Origin: a virus
Taxonomy: Duplodnaviria; Caudoviricetes
Virus record (IMG/VR): IMGVR_UViG_3300017778_001537
Span: 1 to 50,201 of that record
Direction: 5' to 3' (one strand)
DNA length: 50,201 nt
In this document: one piece after another, positions 37,553 through 47,624 of the stretch
Layout of the letters: every line of letters begins with the position of its first letter
How positions within the stretch are numbered: the stretch's first letter is position 1
Notes under the pieces: model-generated
Database searches by the model: none
What the model was told of the DNA's origin: nothing
Seen by the model: only the letters and a program-made list of their open reading frames with translations
Translations under genes and position numbers: made by a program

Positions 37553-37693
37553 ATGGAAGAAGAATACTACGGTATATGTGATAATTGCGACGTTGAAACA
37601 CAGGTTATGGTAGTTAATGAAGAAGAAGTTCCACTATACTGTCCAATGTGTGGATGTGGAGTGGAATTTGAAGCATTGAACGATAAAAAATAA
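37553..37693 (+). CDS. small zinc-ribbon protein (46 aa)
   Basis: CDNC...CPMC; not in ORF track because of length. Confidence 0.75.
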   Translation: MEEEYYGICDNCDVETQVMVVNEEEVPLYCPMCGCGVEFEALNDKK

Positions 37694-37700
37694 AGCAACT

Positions 37701-37734
37701 AAATAGCCTTGTGGAAACATGAGGCTATTTTTTT
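37701..37734 (+). terminator. hairpin + T run (terminator; also covers the denA SD)
   Basis: AAATAGCCTTGTG-GAAA-CATGAGGCTATTT + TTTT. Confidence 0.7.
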
Positions 37735-38151
37735 ATGTGGTATTACGAAGGCAAACAATATACAGAAACTCCAGAGGACTATCAGGGGTTTGTATATGAA
37801 ATCCTCGAACATGATACTGGTAAGCGTTACATTGGTAAGAAGTTCTTTTGGAAGCCAAAGATTCTCCCTGTAACTAAAACACGCAAGCGCCGTATAAGAA
37901 CTCGAGCAGAGTCTGACTGGCGAGACTACTACGGATCTTCTGCAGAGGTGAAATTCCTTGTAGAACAGAAGGGTGTTGACAATTACACTAGAACAGTGCT
38001 AAAATTGTGCAAGACAAAAGGTGAATGCTCTTACTATGAAGCCAAGCTACAGTTTGAAAAAGATGTGCTGCTTCGCGACGACTACTACAATGAGTTCATC
38101 GGCTGTAAGATCCACTCAAAGCACCTAAGGAAAGATAATGATTCTGATTGA
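37735..38151 (+). CDS. denA: GIY-YIG endonuclease II (DenA-like)
   Basis: GFVY....YIGKK, W..YYGS, E...., YYN; adjacent to nrd genes. Confidence 0.75.
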   Translation: MWYYEGKQYTETPEDYQGFVYEILEHDTGKRYIGKKFFWKPKILPVTKTRKRRIRTRAESDWRDYYGSSAEVKFLVEQKGVDNYTRTVLKLCKTKGECSYYEAKLQFEKDVLLRDDYYNEFIGCKIHSKHLRKDNDSD

Positions 38152-38998
38152 TTATAATGCTATTGCTATCAGCAATATCGTGACACAAAAGCTGGCATTG
38201 GATGAAAATCTCATCCGACATATGATTCTCAACTCTATCCGCATGTATCGTAAGAAATACTTTCGTGAGTTTGGTGAGGTTGTTATCACTAGCGATGGTA
38301 GCAACAACTGGCGTTATGAGGCTTTCCCTCAGTACAAAGCGAAGCGCAAAGAAGCTCGCAAAGATTCCAAGATGGATTGGAAAGAAGTATTCCGCATCAC
38401 CAACAAGGTGTTTGAAGAGCTTCAAGAAAACTTCCCATACAAAGTAGTTATGAATGATCGGTGTGAAGCTGATGATGTAATTGCTCAGCTTGCACTCAGC
38501 ACTCAGGTTGACTTTGGTCACATTGAGCCTGTAATGATTATTTCGTCTGACAAAGACTTTGGTCAGTTGCAGAAGTATTCCAACATTCGTCAGTACTCGC
38601 CGATGTTGAAGAAAGAGATTAAGGTTGAGAACCCTCGGTTGCAGCTTATTGAATTGATCCTCAAGGGCGACCAAGCTGATGGCATCCCTAACGTAATGTC
38701 AGCAGACGATTCATTCACTCAAGGGATTCGTCAGACCCCTCTACGCCAAGCTAAGATTGATGAGATCATCAAAGAGCTTGATGATGGTGAATTGCTGTAT
38801 GCAGCATCTTGGTATCGCAATTATCTTCGTAACAAGAAGCTAATTGACCTTACAGAAACGCCAAAAACACTAAAAGAAGAAATTATAAATACTTTTGAAC
38901 TGCAAGGCGACAAGTCTGACAACAAGAAGAAAGTGTTGAAGTACTTGATTGCAAATGATTGCACTAACCTAATTGAAGTGATTGGAGATTTTATCTAA
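38138..38998 (+). CDS. rnh: T4 RNase H (FEN-like 5'-3' exonuclease)
   Basis: ILIDY, YKA.R, EADD, SSDKDF.QL, GD..DGIPN. Confidence 0.95.
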   Translation: MILIDYNAIAISNIVTQKLALDENLIRHMILNSIRMYRKKYFREFGEVVITSDGSNNWRYEAFPQYKAKRKEARKDSKMDWKEVFRITNKVFEELQENFPYKVVMNDRCEADDVIAQLALSTQVDFGHIEPVMIISSDKDFGQLQKYSNIRQYSPMLKKEIKVENPRLQLIELILKGDQADGIPNVMSADDSFTQGIRQTPLRQAKIDEIIKELDDGELLYAASWYRNYLRNKKLIDLTETPKTLKEEIINTFELQGDKSDNKKKVLKYLIANDCTNLIEVIGDFI

Positions 38999-39429
38999 TG
39001 AATAACAGCGTAAACTGGTACATCCACGAGGTTCTTGAACAAGTGGACAAAGCTACAACAAAAAAAGAGAAGATTGAAATTCTCCAAAAACATGATTCGA
39101 TGGTTTTAAAGAATGTTCTTATTGGAACATTTGATGATGCAATTGAGTGGAATATTCCTGATACACCGCCACCGTTTGTTCCTGCAGATGAGCGCTATGC
39201 TCCGTCATCACTTCAAAAACAATTGAATCAGTTAATCTATTTTATTAAAGGTAATAAGGGTGATAAACTGTTGAAAGTCAAACGCGAAACTATGTTTATT
39301 CGCTTGTTGGAATCAATTCACCCAAAGGATGCTAATATTGTATTAGCTATGGTGGCTAAAAAGCTACCAGTAAAAGGTCTAACCAAGGCATTAGTTAAGG
39401 AGGCTTTTCCAACGCTAATCCAAAAGTAA
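38998..39429 (+). CDS. conserved T4-like hypothetical protein (DUF6433-like)
   Basis: KRETMFIRLLESIHP.DA. Confidence 0.75.
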   Translation: MNNSVNWYIHEVLEQVDKATTKKEKIEILQKHDSMVLKNVLIGTFDDAIEWNIPDTPPPFVPADERYAPSSLQKQLNQLIYFIKGNKGDKLLKVKRETMFIRLLESIHPKDANIVLAMVAKKLPVKGLTKALVKEAFPTLIQK

Positions 39430-39454
39430 CAGTCAATAACCAATAGGAGATTGC

Positions 39455-39619
39455 ATGACTGCTCAGCTCGAAAGACTAATCGAAGATTCAAATCAACTCC
39501 AAGCCTATATTCAAAAGGTTGAAAAGATGGGCAAACCAGATCTCGTGTCAAAACTAAGTGTAAAACAAGAATTCTTAAACCGAACCATAGCTGAGTTCAG
39601 ACAACATAATATGCAATAA
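39455..39619 (+). CDS. hypothetical protein (54 aa)
   Basis: AGGAG SD. Confidence 0.65.
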   Translation: MTAQLERLIEDSNQLQAYIQKVEKMGKPDLVSKLSVKQEFLNRTIAEFRQHNMQ

Positions 39620-39629
39620 GGAGGCAATG

Positions 39630-39659
39630 GTCAGCTAGCTGACCGGCTAGCTGACTTTT
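39630..39659 (+). terminator. intrinsic terminator
   Basis: GTCAGCTAGCT-GACC-GGCTAGCTGAC-TTTT. Confidence 0.7.
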
Positions 39660-39674
39660 AAATAAGGAATAATA

Positions 39675-39905
39675 ATGCCTACTTACACGATGAAAAATAT
39701 AGAGACAGGTGAAGAGCAGACACTAATCCTGTCTCTGCGCGAAAGAGAAGAGATGCTAGCATCAGGACTATTCGAGCAACAACTGTCTACACCAGGTTTT
39801 GTATCAATGGCCGGCGGCACGTTATCTAAAACAAGTGGCGACTGGAAAAATTTGATGACAAAAATCAAAAAAGAAGCGGGACGTAACAATACGGTGAAAG
39901 ACTAG
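39675..39905 (+). CDS. FmdB-like small protein
   Basis: MPTY.....TGE N-terminus, W..L...IKK. Confidence 0.65.
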   Translation: MPTYTMKNIETGEEQTLILSLREREEMLASGLFEQQLSTPGFVSMAGGTLSKTSGDWKNLMTKIKKEAGRNNTVKD

Positions 39906-39906
39906 A

Positions 39907-40611
39907 ATGACAAGAGTTACAAAAAGAGTTAAAGCTGCCAACATTAATCCAACAGCAGATTGGCTAGCAAATATTGAACCCATTACTGCAACACAGCAAA
40001 GAGTGTTTGATAGTTGGGAAGATCAAAACAATTTGGTTCTAGCTGGATCAGCAGGTACAGGTAAGACGTACATCGCAATGTATCTTGCGCTTAGAGATAT
40101 ACTGAAGTACGATTCAATCTACGATCAGCTCGTTATGATCCGATCTGTTGTGCCAACTCGCGACATGGGGTTCTTACCTGGCACTCAAAAAGAAAAAGAA
40201 GATGCGTATCAGTCCCCGTACAAAGCAATCTGCAGTGAGCTATTTGGTGATCCTGCAGCTTATGCTAAGCTCGCTGGGACAAAAAAGATCCATTTTGAGT
40301 CAACATCATTCATTCGAGGGTTGACTTTCAACAACAGTATCCTTATAGTAGACGAGATGCAGAACCTCAACTTCCACGAGTTGGATTCTGTGATTACACG
40401 TGTAGGTAAGAACTGCAAGATCATCTTCTGTGGCGACTATCGTCAATCTGACTTCAAGAAGGAAGATGAGAAGAATGGAGTTGTAACATTCTTGTCAATT
40501 ATTGAACGGATGAACCACTTTGAGATTATCAACTTTGGTTGGGAAGACATCGTTCGTTCTGGTCTTGTTCGTGACTACTTGATGACAAAAGAGATGATGG
40601 ATATTGAATGA
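39907..40611 (+). CDS. phoH: PhoH-family ATPase
   Basis: GSAGTGKT, MGFLPG, FIRGLT, DEMQN, GD..QSD, DIVRSGLV. Confidence 0.96.
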   Translation: MTRVTKRVKAANINPTADWLANIEPITATQQRVFDSWEDQNNLVLAGSAGTGKTYIAMYLALRDILKYDSIYDQLVMIRSVVPTRDMGFLPGTQKEKEDAYQSPYKAICSELFGDPAAYAKLAGTKKIHFESTSFIRGLTFNNSILIVDEMQNLNFHELDSVITRVGKNCKIIFCGDYRQSDFKKEDEKNGVVTFLSIIERMNHFEIINFGWEDIVRSGLVRDYLMTKEMMDIE

Positions 40612-40856
40612 TTACAATCTACGGTACAGAATGGTGTAGCTATTGCTTGAAAGCAAAGATAATTGCGCAGCAGTATCAGCTTGACTTTGAGTTCAAAGAT
40701 GTGGACAATGATCAAACAAAGCAAGAGCTGAAAGCGCTCTTGCCCGACTACAAGACTATCCCTCAGATATGGTGGCACGGAAACCATGTTGGAGGTTATG
40801 ACGACTTTGTCCGTGAATTGGAAAATACTGGTAGTTTTGGTCAAGATAAGTTCTGA
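40608..40856 (+). CDS. glutaredoxin
   Basis: CSYC, TIPQI, VGGY. Confidence 0.93.
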   Translation: MITIYGTEWCSYCLKAKIIAQQYQLDFEFKDVDNDQTKQELKALLPDYKTIPQIWWHGNHVGGYDDFVRELENTGSFGQDKF

Positions 40857-40875
40857 AAGGTGAAATAGCTTTACG

Positions 40876-41067
40876 ATGGCTAAATTTGGTCGCTTTGATC
40901 CTCGCAATAAGAAAGATGGTCGGAACAAGCAAAAGTCTTTGTATAAAGACATCCGCATTCACGAAAACGACAAGGATCGATACAGAGGAAACGTGTACCA
41001 CCTAGTCATCTTTGATGAATTGGTTACATTTGAAAAGAGGTTTAATGATGAAGACGAATCTGTTTGA
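40876..41067 (+). CDS. hypothetical protein
   Basis: short basic ORF. Confidence 0.6.
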   Translation: MAKFGRFDPRNKKDGRNKQKSLYKDIRIHENDKDRYRGNVYHLVIFDELVTFEKRFNDEDESV

Positions 41068-41281
41068 ATTGCTACAAATGCGCTACGAATGGGAAGAACT
41101 TGTACGTTCTTTCAAATTAGGCGACAAATCTGGACACCTAGATAGTCTCAAGAGATTTGTACAGGCTGGCCATAAAGCCAATCGCTTTCGTGATGGATAT
41201 GCCCGCGCTGTGGAAATCGCTAACTTAATTATAGCGGAGTGTCCAGATGAACGCGAAGAGATTGCAGCCGGATCTAAATAA
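41045..41281 (+). CDS. hypothetical protein
   Basis: GAGG SD. Confidence 0.7.
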   Translation: MMKTNLFELLQMRYEWEELVRSFKLGDKSGHLDSLKRFVQAGHKANRFRDGYARAVEIANLIIAECPDEREEIAAGSK

Positions 41282-41543
41282 AGATGGGCTACTAACAGAC
41301 TCAGAGCTCAGTCGATCAGAACGGTTGACTGAGCTCGATCTTAGAAACGAAAAAGCAGACGCACAAAAACATATGGCGTGGGTGGCAATGTTCTCCATGA
41401 TAGTGTTTACTATTGTGTTATTTAGCCCCTTAGTGTCGGATATTAGAGTATCAGCTCTTGCCGATCTGCTGGGGCTTTTTTACATTGCACAGGCTGGTGT
41501 TGTCGGTGCTTATTTTGGAATGACTGCATGGATGAGCAAGTGA
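41247..41543 (+). CDS. two-TM membrane protein (holin-like)
   Basis: DLNKDG motif, two hydrophobic helices, VGAYFG. Confidence 0.65.
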   Translation: MNAKRLQPDLNKDGLLTDSELSRSERLTELDLRNEKADAQKHMAWVAMFSMIVFTIVLFSPLVSDIRVSALADLLGLFYIAQAGVVGAYFGMTAWMSK

Positions 41544-42316
41544 AAAGATTAATTTATCAAGTATATGTCGGCAAGAAATCAGCGTTGTACGATCATTGTA
41601 CTGCGTCTGTAAAAGAATATTGTAAGCGTCACAATATTGACTACGTTGTGCAGACTACTCCTATTCTGTTTATTAGACCGGATCCTTTTACAAGTAACAG
41701 GTCAGCAGAGTGTCAAGCAAGACCTCTGCCCCTCCCAATCTTCGAGAAAGAAAATGCGTTCAACTATCTCAAAACTTATGACCAAGTTGCTATCATTGAC
41801 AGCGACATTTTTATTCGACCTGATGCTCCCAGCATTTTTGATGCTGTTGATCCTAAAGTGGATTTCGCCGGTGTTGTAGAACGTCAGATGCCAATCACAA
41901 AAGAGTATGCAGCTAAGATTGCTAATTACTCGCAGATGCAGTATTCTTCTATCCGCAACGTTGATTGGAAGTGGAACGATCTTGGAGGTGAGTTTATCAA
42001 CATGGGTGTAATGATAATGAATAAATCATTGCTAAAATATCTTAATGGAGAAACACCTCTACAATTCCTTAGCCGCCCACGATTCAAGCCATTTGTTGAT
42101 GGACAGGGTACATGGAAATGGTCGACTGACCAGACATTGTTAAACACGTGGATCAGAGAGGAGAAGATGCATGTTCAGCACCTCGACTGGAAATGGAACG
42201 GTCTATATACAGCCAACACCAAGATCAAAGAGTGCTACTTTGTTCACTTCTTCTTGAAAGATAAGCTACCTAACCGTGGTGAGAATGTTGAACAGTTGAT
42301 GAAAGACATTCAATGA
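41540..42316 (+). CDS. glycosyltransferase (GT-A, GT8/GT34-like)
   Basis: IDSDI DxD, INMGV, DQTLLN, WN, HF. Confidence 0.85.
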   Translation: MKRLIYQVYVGKKSALYDHCTASVKEYCKRHNIDYVVQTTPILFIRPDPFTSNRSAECQARPLPLPIFEKENAFNYLKTYDQVAIIDSDIFIRPDAPSIFDAVDPKVDFAGVVERQMPITKEYAAKIANYSQMQYSSIRNVDWKWNDLGGEFINMGVMIMNKSLLKYLNGETPLQFLSRPRFKPFVDGQGTWKWSTDQTLLNTWIREEKMHVQHLDWKWNGLYTANTKIKECYFVHFFLKDKLPNRGENVEQLMKDIQ

Positions 42317-43122
42317 GCAATTTAATTTATCAAGTTTGGACCGGCAATCTTACAGAAGAGTGTAGAGTTAGCAGCAAACTTATGAAGCAGTACGCTGACC
42401 GTATTGGCGCGGAATATATGTTAGATGTTAATCCAAACATTGCTAGCAAGCTGTGTGATGTTCCAGTGTACTTTGAATGGTTGAATCCGCTTATTGATGA
42501 TAAGTTCTTAAAGTATGATAAGATCTTGTCTGTTGACTTAGATGTGTTTCCTGTCGAAGGACTGACACAAAACATCTTTGATGAAGAGATTGGTGACATT
42601 GGAATCTGCACAGAACGATTTCAAGGAAAGTATAGAGCATCAACAACTACTGGCGGATCAATTAATAGACATAATGATGAGCGTTGGGCAAAGGTTATAA
42701 AGAATAAGTGGGGTGTTGATTTGCCCCGAGATAAAGATAATTACCTCAAGGTGTACAATGCTGGAATGGTTATGTTCTCAAATGCTGGTATATTAAAAGC
42801 TAAGAGCTGGCCAACATTTCAAGAATACATCAATCTTATTAGATCAAATGGTTTTGGTAGATTCTATTGGGTCGATCAAAACTATTTTCACGCGATGATC
42901 TGTTGTAACAAAGATATTAATTATGTTGAAATGGATAATGGTTGGAATGCACAGATCCATTACGTCAGAGGTCCTCTAGCTCTAACTCACGGGTCTGTTA
43001 ATGATGAGAGAGACCAAAACACCAAATTTGTTCACGTTCAAATGAGTGGCTTGAAGTGGGATGAAAATGGACTTTACGATATAGTCAACAAACCAAAAGC
43101 CAATTGGGGTTTCAAATATTAA
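42313..43122 (+). CDS. glycosyltransferase (GT-A)
   Basis: VDLDV, YNAGM, DQ, WN, FVH. Confidence 0.85.
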   Translation: MSNLIYQVWTGNLTEECRVSSKLMKQYADRIGAEYMLDVNPNIASKLCDVPVYFEWLNPLIDDKFLKYDKILSVDLDVFPVEGLTQNIFDEEIGDIGICTERFQGKYRASTTTGGSINRHNDERWAKVIKNKWGVDLPRDKDNYLKVYNAGMVMFSNAGILKAKSWPTFQEYINLIRSNGFGRFYWVDQNYFHAMICCNKDINYVEMDNGWNAQIHYVRGPLALTHGSVNDERDQNTKFVHVQMSGLKWDENGLYDIVNKPKANWGFKY

Positions 43123-43124
43123 TT

Positions 43125-43811
43125 ATGAAGAATATTATTCTACAACATTTTAATGGCACTTTGGGTGAGCTCGAGAATTTGTCAGTAGCAAATATTCAGC
43201 AATATGCTAAATTTGTCGAAGCTGATTATAGACTAATTACAGGTAAGCCATTTAACGTAAACTTAACAGACCCATGTCAAAAAATGCATATGCTGCATAA
43301 AGAGTTTGATGATTACGATACTGTTCTTATGCTAGATATTGATATGTTCACTCCTCGTGGAAATACTGATAACGTGTTTGAAGAAGTTGGTGTCGGTCTG
43401 TTTGAACCATTCCAAGAAAACTTGCGTAGAAAATTTATAGATCAATATCCAGCCCTTGGAAGCATCCATGCACCATACTGGGGAGGAGCGATCTACAAAT
43501 TATCTAAAGATCTTAGACTAAAGCTGCGCGAGCAGATGGATGGTCGAGACAATTCGTGGATGCAACATTCATTGGTTCAATTTAACAAAAGATTCTATTT
43601 TGAGGATGAGGGGATAATACATACGTTGGCCCAGATGGCTCAGATTTCATCTGTCAATGCTGCAATAAATCCAAAGTGGTGTCAGAATAGCTACTCACCG
43701 ACTCTACAAAAATCAGGATTGATTCACATTAGAAAGGGCACTGGTGTGCCTGGTTTTGAAAGAACCAAAATTGAAAACTATAATATTCTGGTGCAGAAAG
43801 GTATGATATGA
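43125..43811 (+). CDS. glycosyltransferase (GT-A)
   Basis: LDIDM DxD; paralogous N-terminus (QQYA....ADY). Confidence 0.75.
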   Translation: MKNIILQHFNGTLGELENLSVANIQQYAKFVEADYRLITGKPFNVNLTDPCQKMHMLHKEFDDYDTVLMLDIDMFTPRGNTDNVFEEVGVGLFEPFQENLRRKFIDQYPALGSIHAPYWGGAIYKLSKDLRLKLREQMDGRDNSWMQHSLVQFNKRFYFEDEGIIHTLAQMAQISSVNAAINPKWCQNSYSPTLQKSGLIHIRKGTGVPGFERTKIENYNILVQKGMI

Positions 43812-43868
43812 AACATTTAGCATTCTCAGAGGAGAATCATATGAACAACAGAGTAGAAGGGTCAAGTT

Positions 43869-44426
43869 ATGTTAACAGCTAATCTGGATGGCGTAAAAAA
43901 CTTTGAAGAATTTTATCAATCTATTCGTAGCCAACAGGAAAAAGCTCATGGGCATGATTACTGCAATCACCATGATGCAATTGTCAAGTATCTAAAGCCT
44001 GGCCAGCACTACAAAGAGCTTGGAACACACCAAGGTGCGACCGCCGCTGCTGCATTGCGAGCAGGGGCTGCAAAAGCAACTCTTGTTGATTGGGATATGC
44101 AAAAGTTTGACAGCAATCGTAAGTTGTTTGAAAATTATTGTCTCGAAAAGAACATTGAACTGGTTGTGATTAAAAATGATTCACATTCATTAGCCACTGT
44201 CAGTGAATGTGATGTGTTGTTGATTGATACTATGCACAAATACCATCACCTTCAACAAGAGCTAAAGCTTCACGCACATATGGTTAACCACTTTATCGTG
44301 TTGCATGATACCAAATCAGCTCCAGATCTACATCGAGCCGCTGAAGAGTATTGTGTAACGTCTAATTGGAAAATTGTAGAACGCAATACTAATAATGTTG
44401 GTTATACAGTAATGGGAAAATCATGA
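43869..44426 (+). CDS. class I SAM methyltransferase
   Basis: ELGTHQG, DVLLIDT.H, LHDT. Confidence 0.8.
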   Translation: MLTANLDGVKNFEEFYQSIRSQQEKAHGHDYCNHHDAIVKYLKPGQHYKELGTHQGATAAAALRAGAAKATLVDWDMQKFDSNRKLFENYCLEKNIELVVIKNDSHSLATVSECDVLLIDTMHKYHHLQQELKLHAHMVNHFIVLHDTKSAPDLHRAAEEYCVTSNWKIVERNTNNVGYTVMGKS

Positions 44427-45004
44427 GTAGAAAAATCTTTGTTAACCTAGGTGCAGGTAGTGGATCTGACATCGAAGGCTTTATTAATTTGAGTCTAGAC
44501 AACAAGCAGTTTGAAATTTTTGCATTTGAATGTAACCCAAACCTAATTGCTAACTTAAAGACAACATATCCATCAGTTAACGTAATGGAGTTTGCTGCAT
44601 TTGACGTTGGTGGACCAGCTAAGCTATACTTTGGCGATCTTTACATTAATAGTTCGCTTCATGTTGAAAAATGCAATGTTTATGCTGACAAGTATGTAAA
44701 CGTACAAACCATTGATATTACTAAATGGCTGCTTGATAACTTTACAAAAAATGATTACATCATATTAACCATGGATATTGAAGGTGCTGAGTTTGAAGTG
44801 CTCGAGCGTATGTTCCAGTTGAATGCTTTCAATATAATTGATGAATTCTATGTCGAGTTTCATGGTAGAAAGATTAGTGAAAACGCTAAACTTTTAGAAA
44901 AAAAGTGGGTGAGCTATCTGATAGATAAGTTTAAAGATCAGGTGTACATCTACGAACATCACCACCACAAACAATTTATGAAATTGAATAGAGATCCAAC
45001 ATAA
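44423..45004 (+). CDS. FkbM-family methyltransferase
   Basis: NLGAG, AFECNP, MDIEGAE, VEFH. Confidence 0.85.
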   Translation: MSRKIFVNLGAGSGSDIEGFINLSLDNKQFEIFAFECNPNLIANLKTTYPSVNVMEFAAFDVGGPAKLYFGDLYINSSLHVEKCNVYADKYVNVQTIDITKWLLDNFTKNDYIILTMDIEGAEFEVLERMFQLNAFNIIDEFYVEFHGRKISENAKLLEKKWVSYLIDKFKDQVYIYEHHHHKQFMKLNRDPT

Positions 45005-45696
45005 TGAAAGCAGTATCAATTGTTATCGATAAAAACGAAGTTTCAGAGCTTGGGTATTCTAGGCTTGTAGAGTCATCTAAAGCTGTTGGTAACGATTTTG
45101 ATATTCAAAGATGGAATGCCATTACACCCAGCAACGTTAGTGAGTTTATGACAGGTGCTGGGATTACGTGGAGCTATCCTTGGGAAGGTGAAGTTGTTGA
45201 CTTTGCAACAGGGTTAGTAAAGACATCATACAAAACAGCTAACCCTAAAGCTAGAATTGCCTGCGCTTGTAGTCACTATTGTTTGTGGCACGAAAGCGCT
45301 ACAACCAACACAGCATTGTTGATCCTTGAGCACGATGCTTACTTTGTCAACAAGATTGACTTTGATCCAGCAGACGTTAAAGCTGACATTATTGGAATCA
45401 ACAACCCGCTTGGCGCGACTCGTAAGTCACAGTTGTTCTACGACAAAGTTCTACAGTCAACAATTAACTATCCGCTAACTCCAATGATTGACAACATCTA
45501 CATTCCTCAAGGGCTCGCTGGAAACTCTGCCTACATAATTAAACCTGCTGGAGCTAAGCAGATGCTTGAACTGGTTAAGCAATATGGCCTGTGGCCCAAC
45601 GATGCTATTATGTGTCGGCAACTTGTCCCAAAACTCAGTGTCAGCCGCAAATTCTATACTAACGTCCAAGGACTAAAGAGTACAACATCATTATGA
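45004..45696 (+). CDS. glycosyltransferase family 25-like
   Basis: AC..SH..LW, LILEHDA, G..AYII.P.GA. Confidence 0.85.
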   Translation: MKAVSIVIDKNEVSELGYSRLVESSKAVGNDFDIQRWNAITPSNVSEFMTGAGITWSYPWEGEVVDFATGLVKTSYKTANPKARIACACSHYCLWHESATTNTALLILEHDAYFVNKIDFDPADVKADIIGINNPLGATRKSQLFYDKVLQSTINYPLTPMIDNIYIPQGLAGNSAYIIKPAGAKQMLELVKQYGLWPNDAIMCRQLVPKLSVSRKFYTNVQGLKSTTSL

Positions 45697-46337
45697 AATC
45701 ATTTGTAATTACAATGCTGGACAAGAAGAAGTCAATCGAGGCTGCTGATCGCTGCATCGACTCTGGTGTCAAGCAAGGGCTGGCAATTCAATACTTTCGA
45801 GCTTTGACTCCAAAGGACCCAATTGATGAGCTGTTGAAAGCCCAAGGGATCTCAAAGGAAGGCTTCCGCGAGAAATATTCACGACTAGATAATTGCATTG
45901 CAGCTTTCTTGTCTCACTATGCTTTGTGGACTCAATGTGCTGCTGGTAAAGAAGAATTCCAAATCTTTGAACATGATGCAATTATTGTAGGACAGATTCC
46001 AGAGTTTATCAACTATCAAGGTTGTATTAGTCTTGGAAAACCTTCATATGGTAAATATAACGATCCTTTACAGATTGGGGTCAATCCATTAACATCGAAG
46101 CGTTACTTTCCTGGTGCACACGCATACAGACTGAAACCACCCACTGCTAAGTTGCTTGTTGCTCAAGCTAAGAAAGCTGCCAAGCCAACTGACGTGTTCT
46201 TACATCTTGATACGTTCCCATGGCTGGAAGAATACTATCCATGGCCTGTTGAAGCTCATGACACATTTTCAACGATTCAGCGGACAGAAGGTTGTCTCGC
46301 TAAACACAATTACAGTGATAAATATGAAATCCTTTGA
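45693..46337 (+). CDS. glycosyltransferase family 25-like
   Basis: SHYALW, IFEHDA, GAHAY. Confidence 0.85.
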   Translation: MKSFVITMLDKKKSIEAADRCIDSGVKQGLAIQYFRALTPKDPIDELLKAQGISKEGFREKYSRLDNCIAAFLSHYALWTQCAAGKEEFQIFEHDAIIVGQIPEFINYQGCISLGKPSYGKYNDPLQIGVNPLTSKRYFPGAHAYRLKPPTAKLLVAQAKKAAKPTDVFLHLDTFPWLEEYYPWPVEAHDTFSTIQRTEGCLAKHNYSDKYEIL

Positions 46338-46974
46338 TACAGTATTCCTAACTGGATGCGATGCTAAGACAGAATGGATGCTTGGTTGGTTCTTGAAGAA
46401 TTTTAACCTCCATAACAAGCTGCCTATTGTGTTTGCAAACTTTGGGGTCAGCGAGCAAGGTTTGAATCAGGCGTCATCTTGTGCTAGCACAATCGATATG
46501 CGTGCTACTGGTGGAACAGGGTGGTTTAAGAAACCACAGGCAATGATTGAAGCGTCAAAGCTCGCCCGCAGGGTTTGCTGGATCGATACAGACTGCCATG
46601 TTCTCGCCGATTTAAGCGGTGTATTCGACTTCGTAGAGCCTAACAAGCTGGCCATGGCAGAGGATGCCCCGTGGTCCAAACGCAGACAAGAAACATGGCA
46701 TAATACGGGCGTAGTAGCGTTTGAAGATCGACCGCCAATTCTCGACCAGTGGTTCAATGCTGTCAAAGCCAACCCCGTTGTAGGTGATCAAGAGATCCTA
46801 CACGAGATTCTGAAAAAGGATCTTAGACGTCAGATATATACCACATCCCTACCACAAGACTATAATTGGCTTCGTCTGATGCTGCAAGATGGTGTGGACA
46901 ACAAAAAGAAAAAGGTAATGCACTGGACAGGTGCTAAAGGCAAACAACACATTAAAGGTATTGTTAATGACTAA
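46324..46974 (+). CDS. glycosyltransferase (GT8/GT77-like)
   Basis: WF.KP, WIDTDC, NTGVV, GDQEIL, HWTG. Confidence 0.8.
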   Translation: MKSFDTVFLTGCDAKTEWMLGWFLKNFNLHNKLPIVFANFGVSEQGLNQASSCASTIDMRATGGTGWFKKPQAMIEASKLARRVCWIDTDCHVLADLSGVFDFVEPNKLAMAEDAPWSKRRQETWHNTGVVAFEDRPPILDQWFNAVKANPVVGDQEILHEILKKDLRRQIYTTSLPQDYNWLRLMLQDGVDNKKKKVMHWTGAKGKQHIKGIVND

Positions 46975-47560
46975 AGTAGCTCACGTTATTGGTAATGGAG
47001 ATAGCGCTGCTCTATATAAGCCATCAAAAGGTTTAAAGATCACTTGCAATCTTCCTCCATTTGCGGTTCCTGATGCGTACACAACTTGTATGGTTGACTT
47101 CAAGATGATGAAAGCTATCAACGATGGTAGCGTTACTGTTCCAGGCGAGTGGGTGCTTGGAGCTCGTCCTAAGAAGTGGATGGAGATGCATCCAGCATAC
47201 TACATGAAGTATGCAAAGCAGATCAAAGAGTTCTATACTGAGCTACCAGCGTATGCAGAGAACTACACAAACTTCAATTGTGGCCACCTTGCAGTCCACT
47301 ACACTGCAAACAAGCTAAAGTGTGATGAAATCCATATGTACGGGTTTGACTCTATGTTTGACTTCAACATGCGCAGCACCAGCGACCTGTTCTTGTTCTC
47401 TGATCGTGACATTAACAACAACATGAGACTGATGAACAACTGGCGGCCGATCTGGGGTCAACTGTTTCAAGAATTTCCTAACACTAAGTTTGTCCTGTAT
47501 CACAAGCACGAGAACCTCAAGTTTCCACCACCTAAGAATGTTGAGATCGTGGTTAGATAA
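46967..47560 (+). CDS. DUF115/Maf- or sialyltransferase-like protein
   Basis: VIGNGDS, CN, G..A......IHMYGFD. Confidence 0.65.
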   Translation: MTKVAHVIGNGDSAALYKPSKGLKITCNLPPFAVPDAYTTCMVDFKMMKAINDGSVTVPGEWVLGARPKKWMEMHPAYYMKYAKQIKEFYTELPAYAENYTNFNCGHLAVHYTANKLKCDEIHMYGFDSMFDFNMRSTSDLFLFSDRDINNNMRLMNNWRPIWGQLFQEFPNTKFVLYHKHENLKFPPPKNVEIVVR

Positions 47561-47624
47561 CAGTTGATCTTTTCAACTTCCCCTGTATAATAAAGATGCA
47601 GTTGTTAGCAGGGGTGCAATATAC

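Noticed and set aside
39619-39638. AGGAGG followed by ATG-GTC-AGC-TAG mini-ORF in the terminator arm
   Set aside because: SD-ATG spacing of about 2 nt is too short for initiation
43808-43882. 24-aa mini-ORF between GT and methyltransferase
   Set aside because: No motif; probably a remnant or chance ORF
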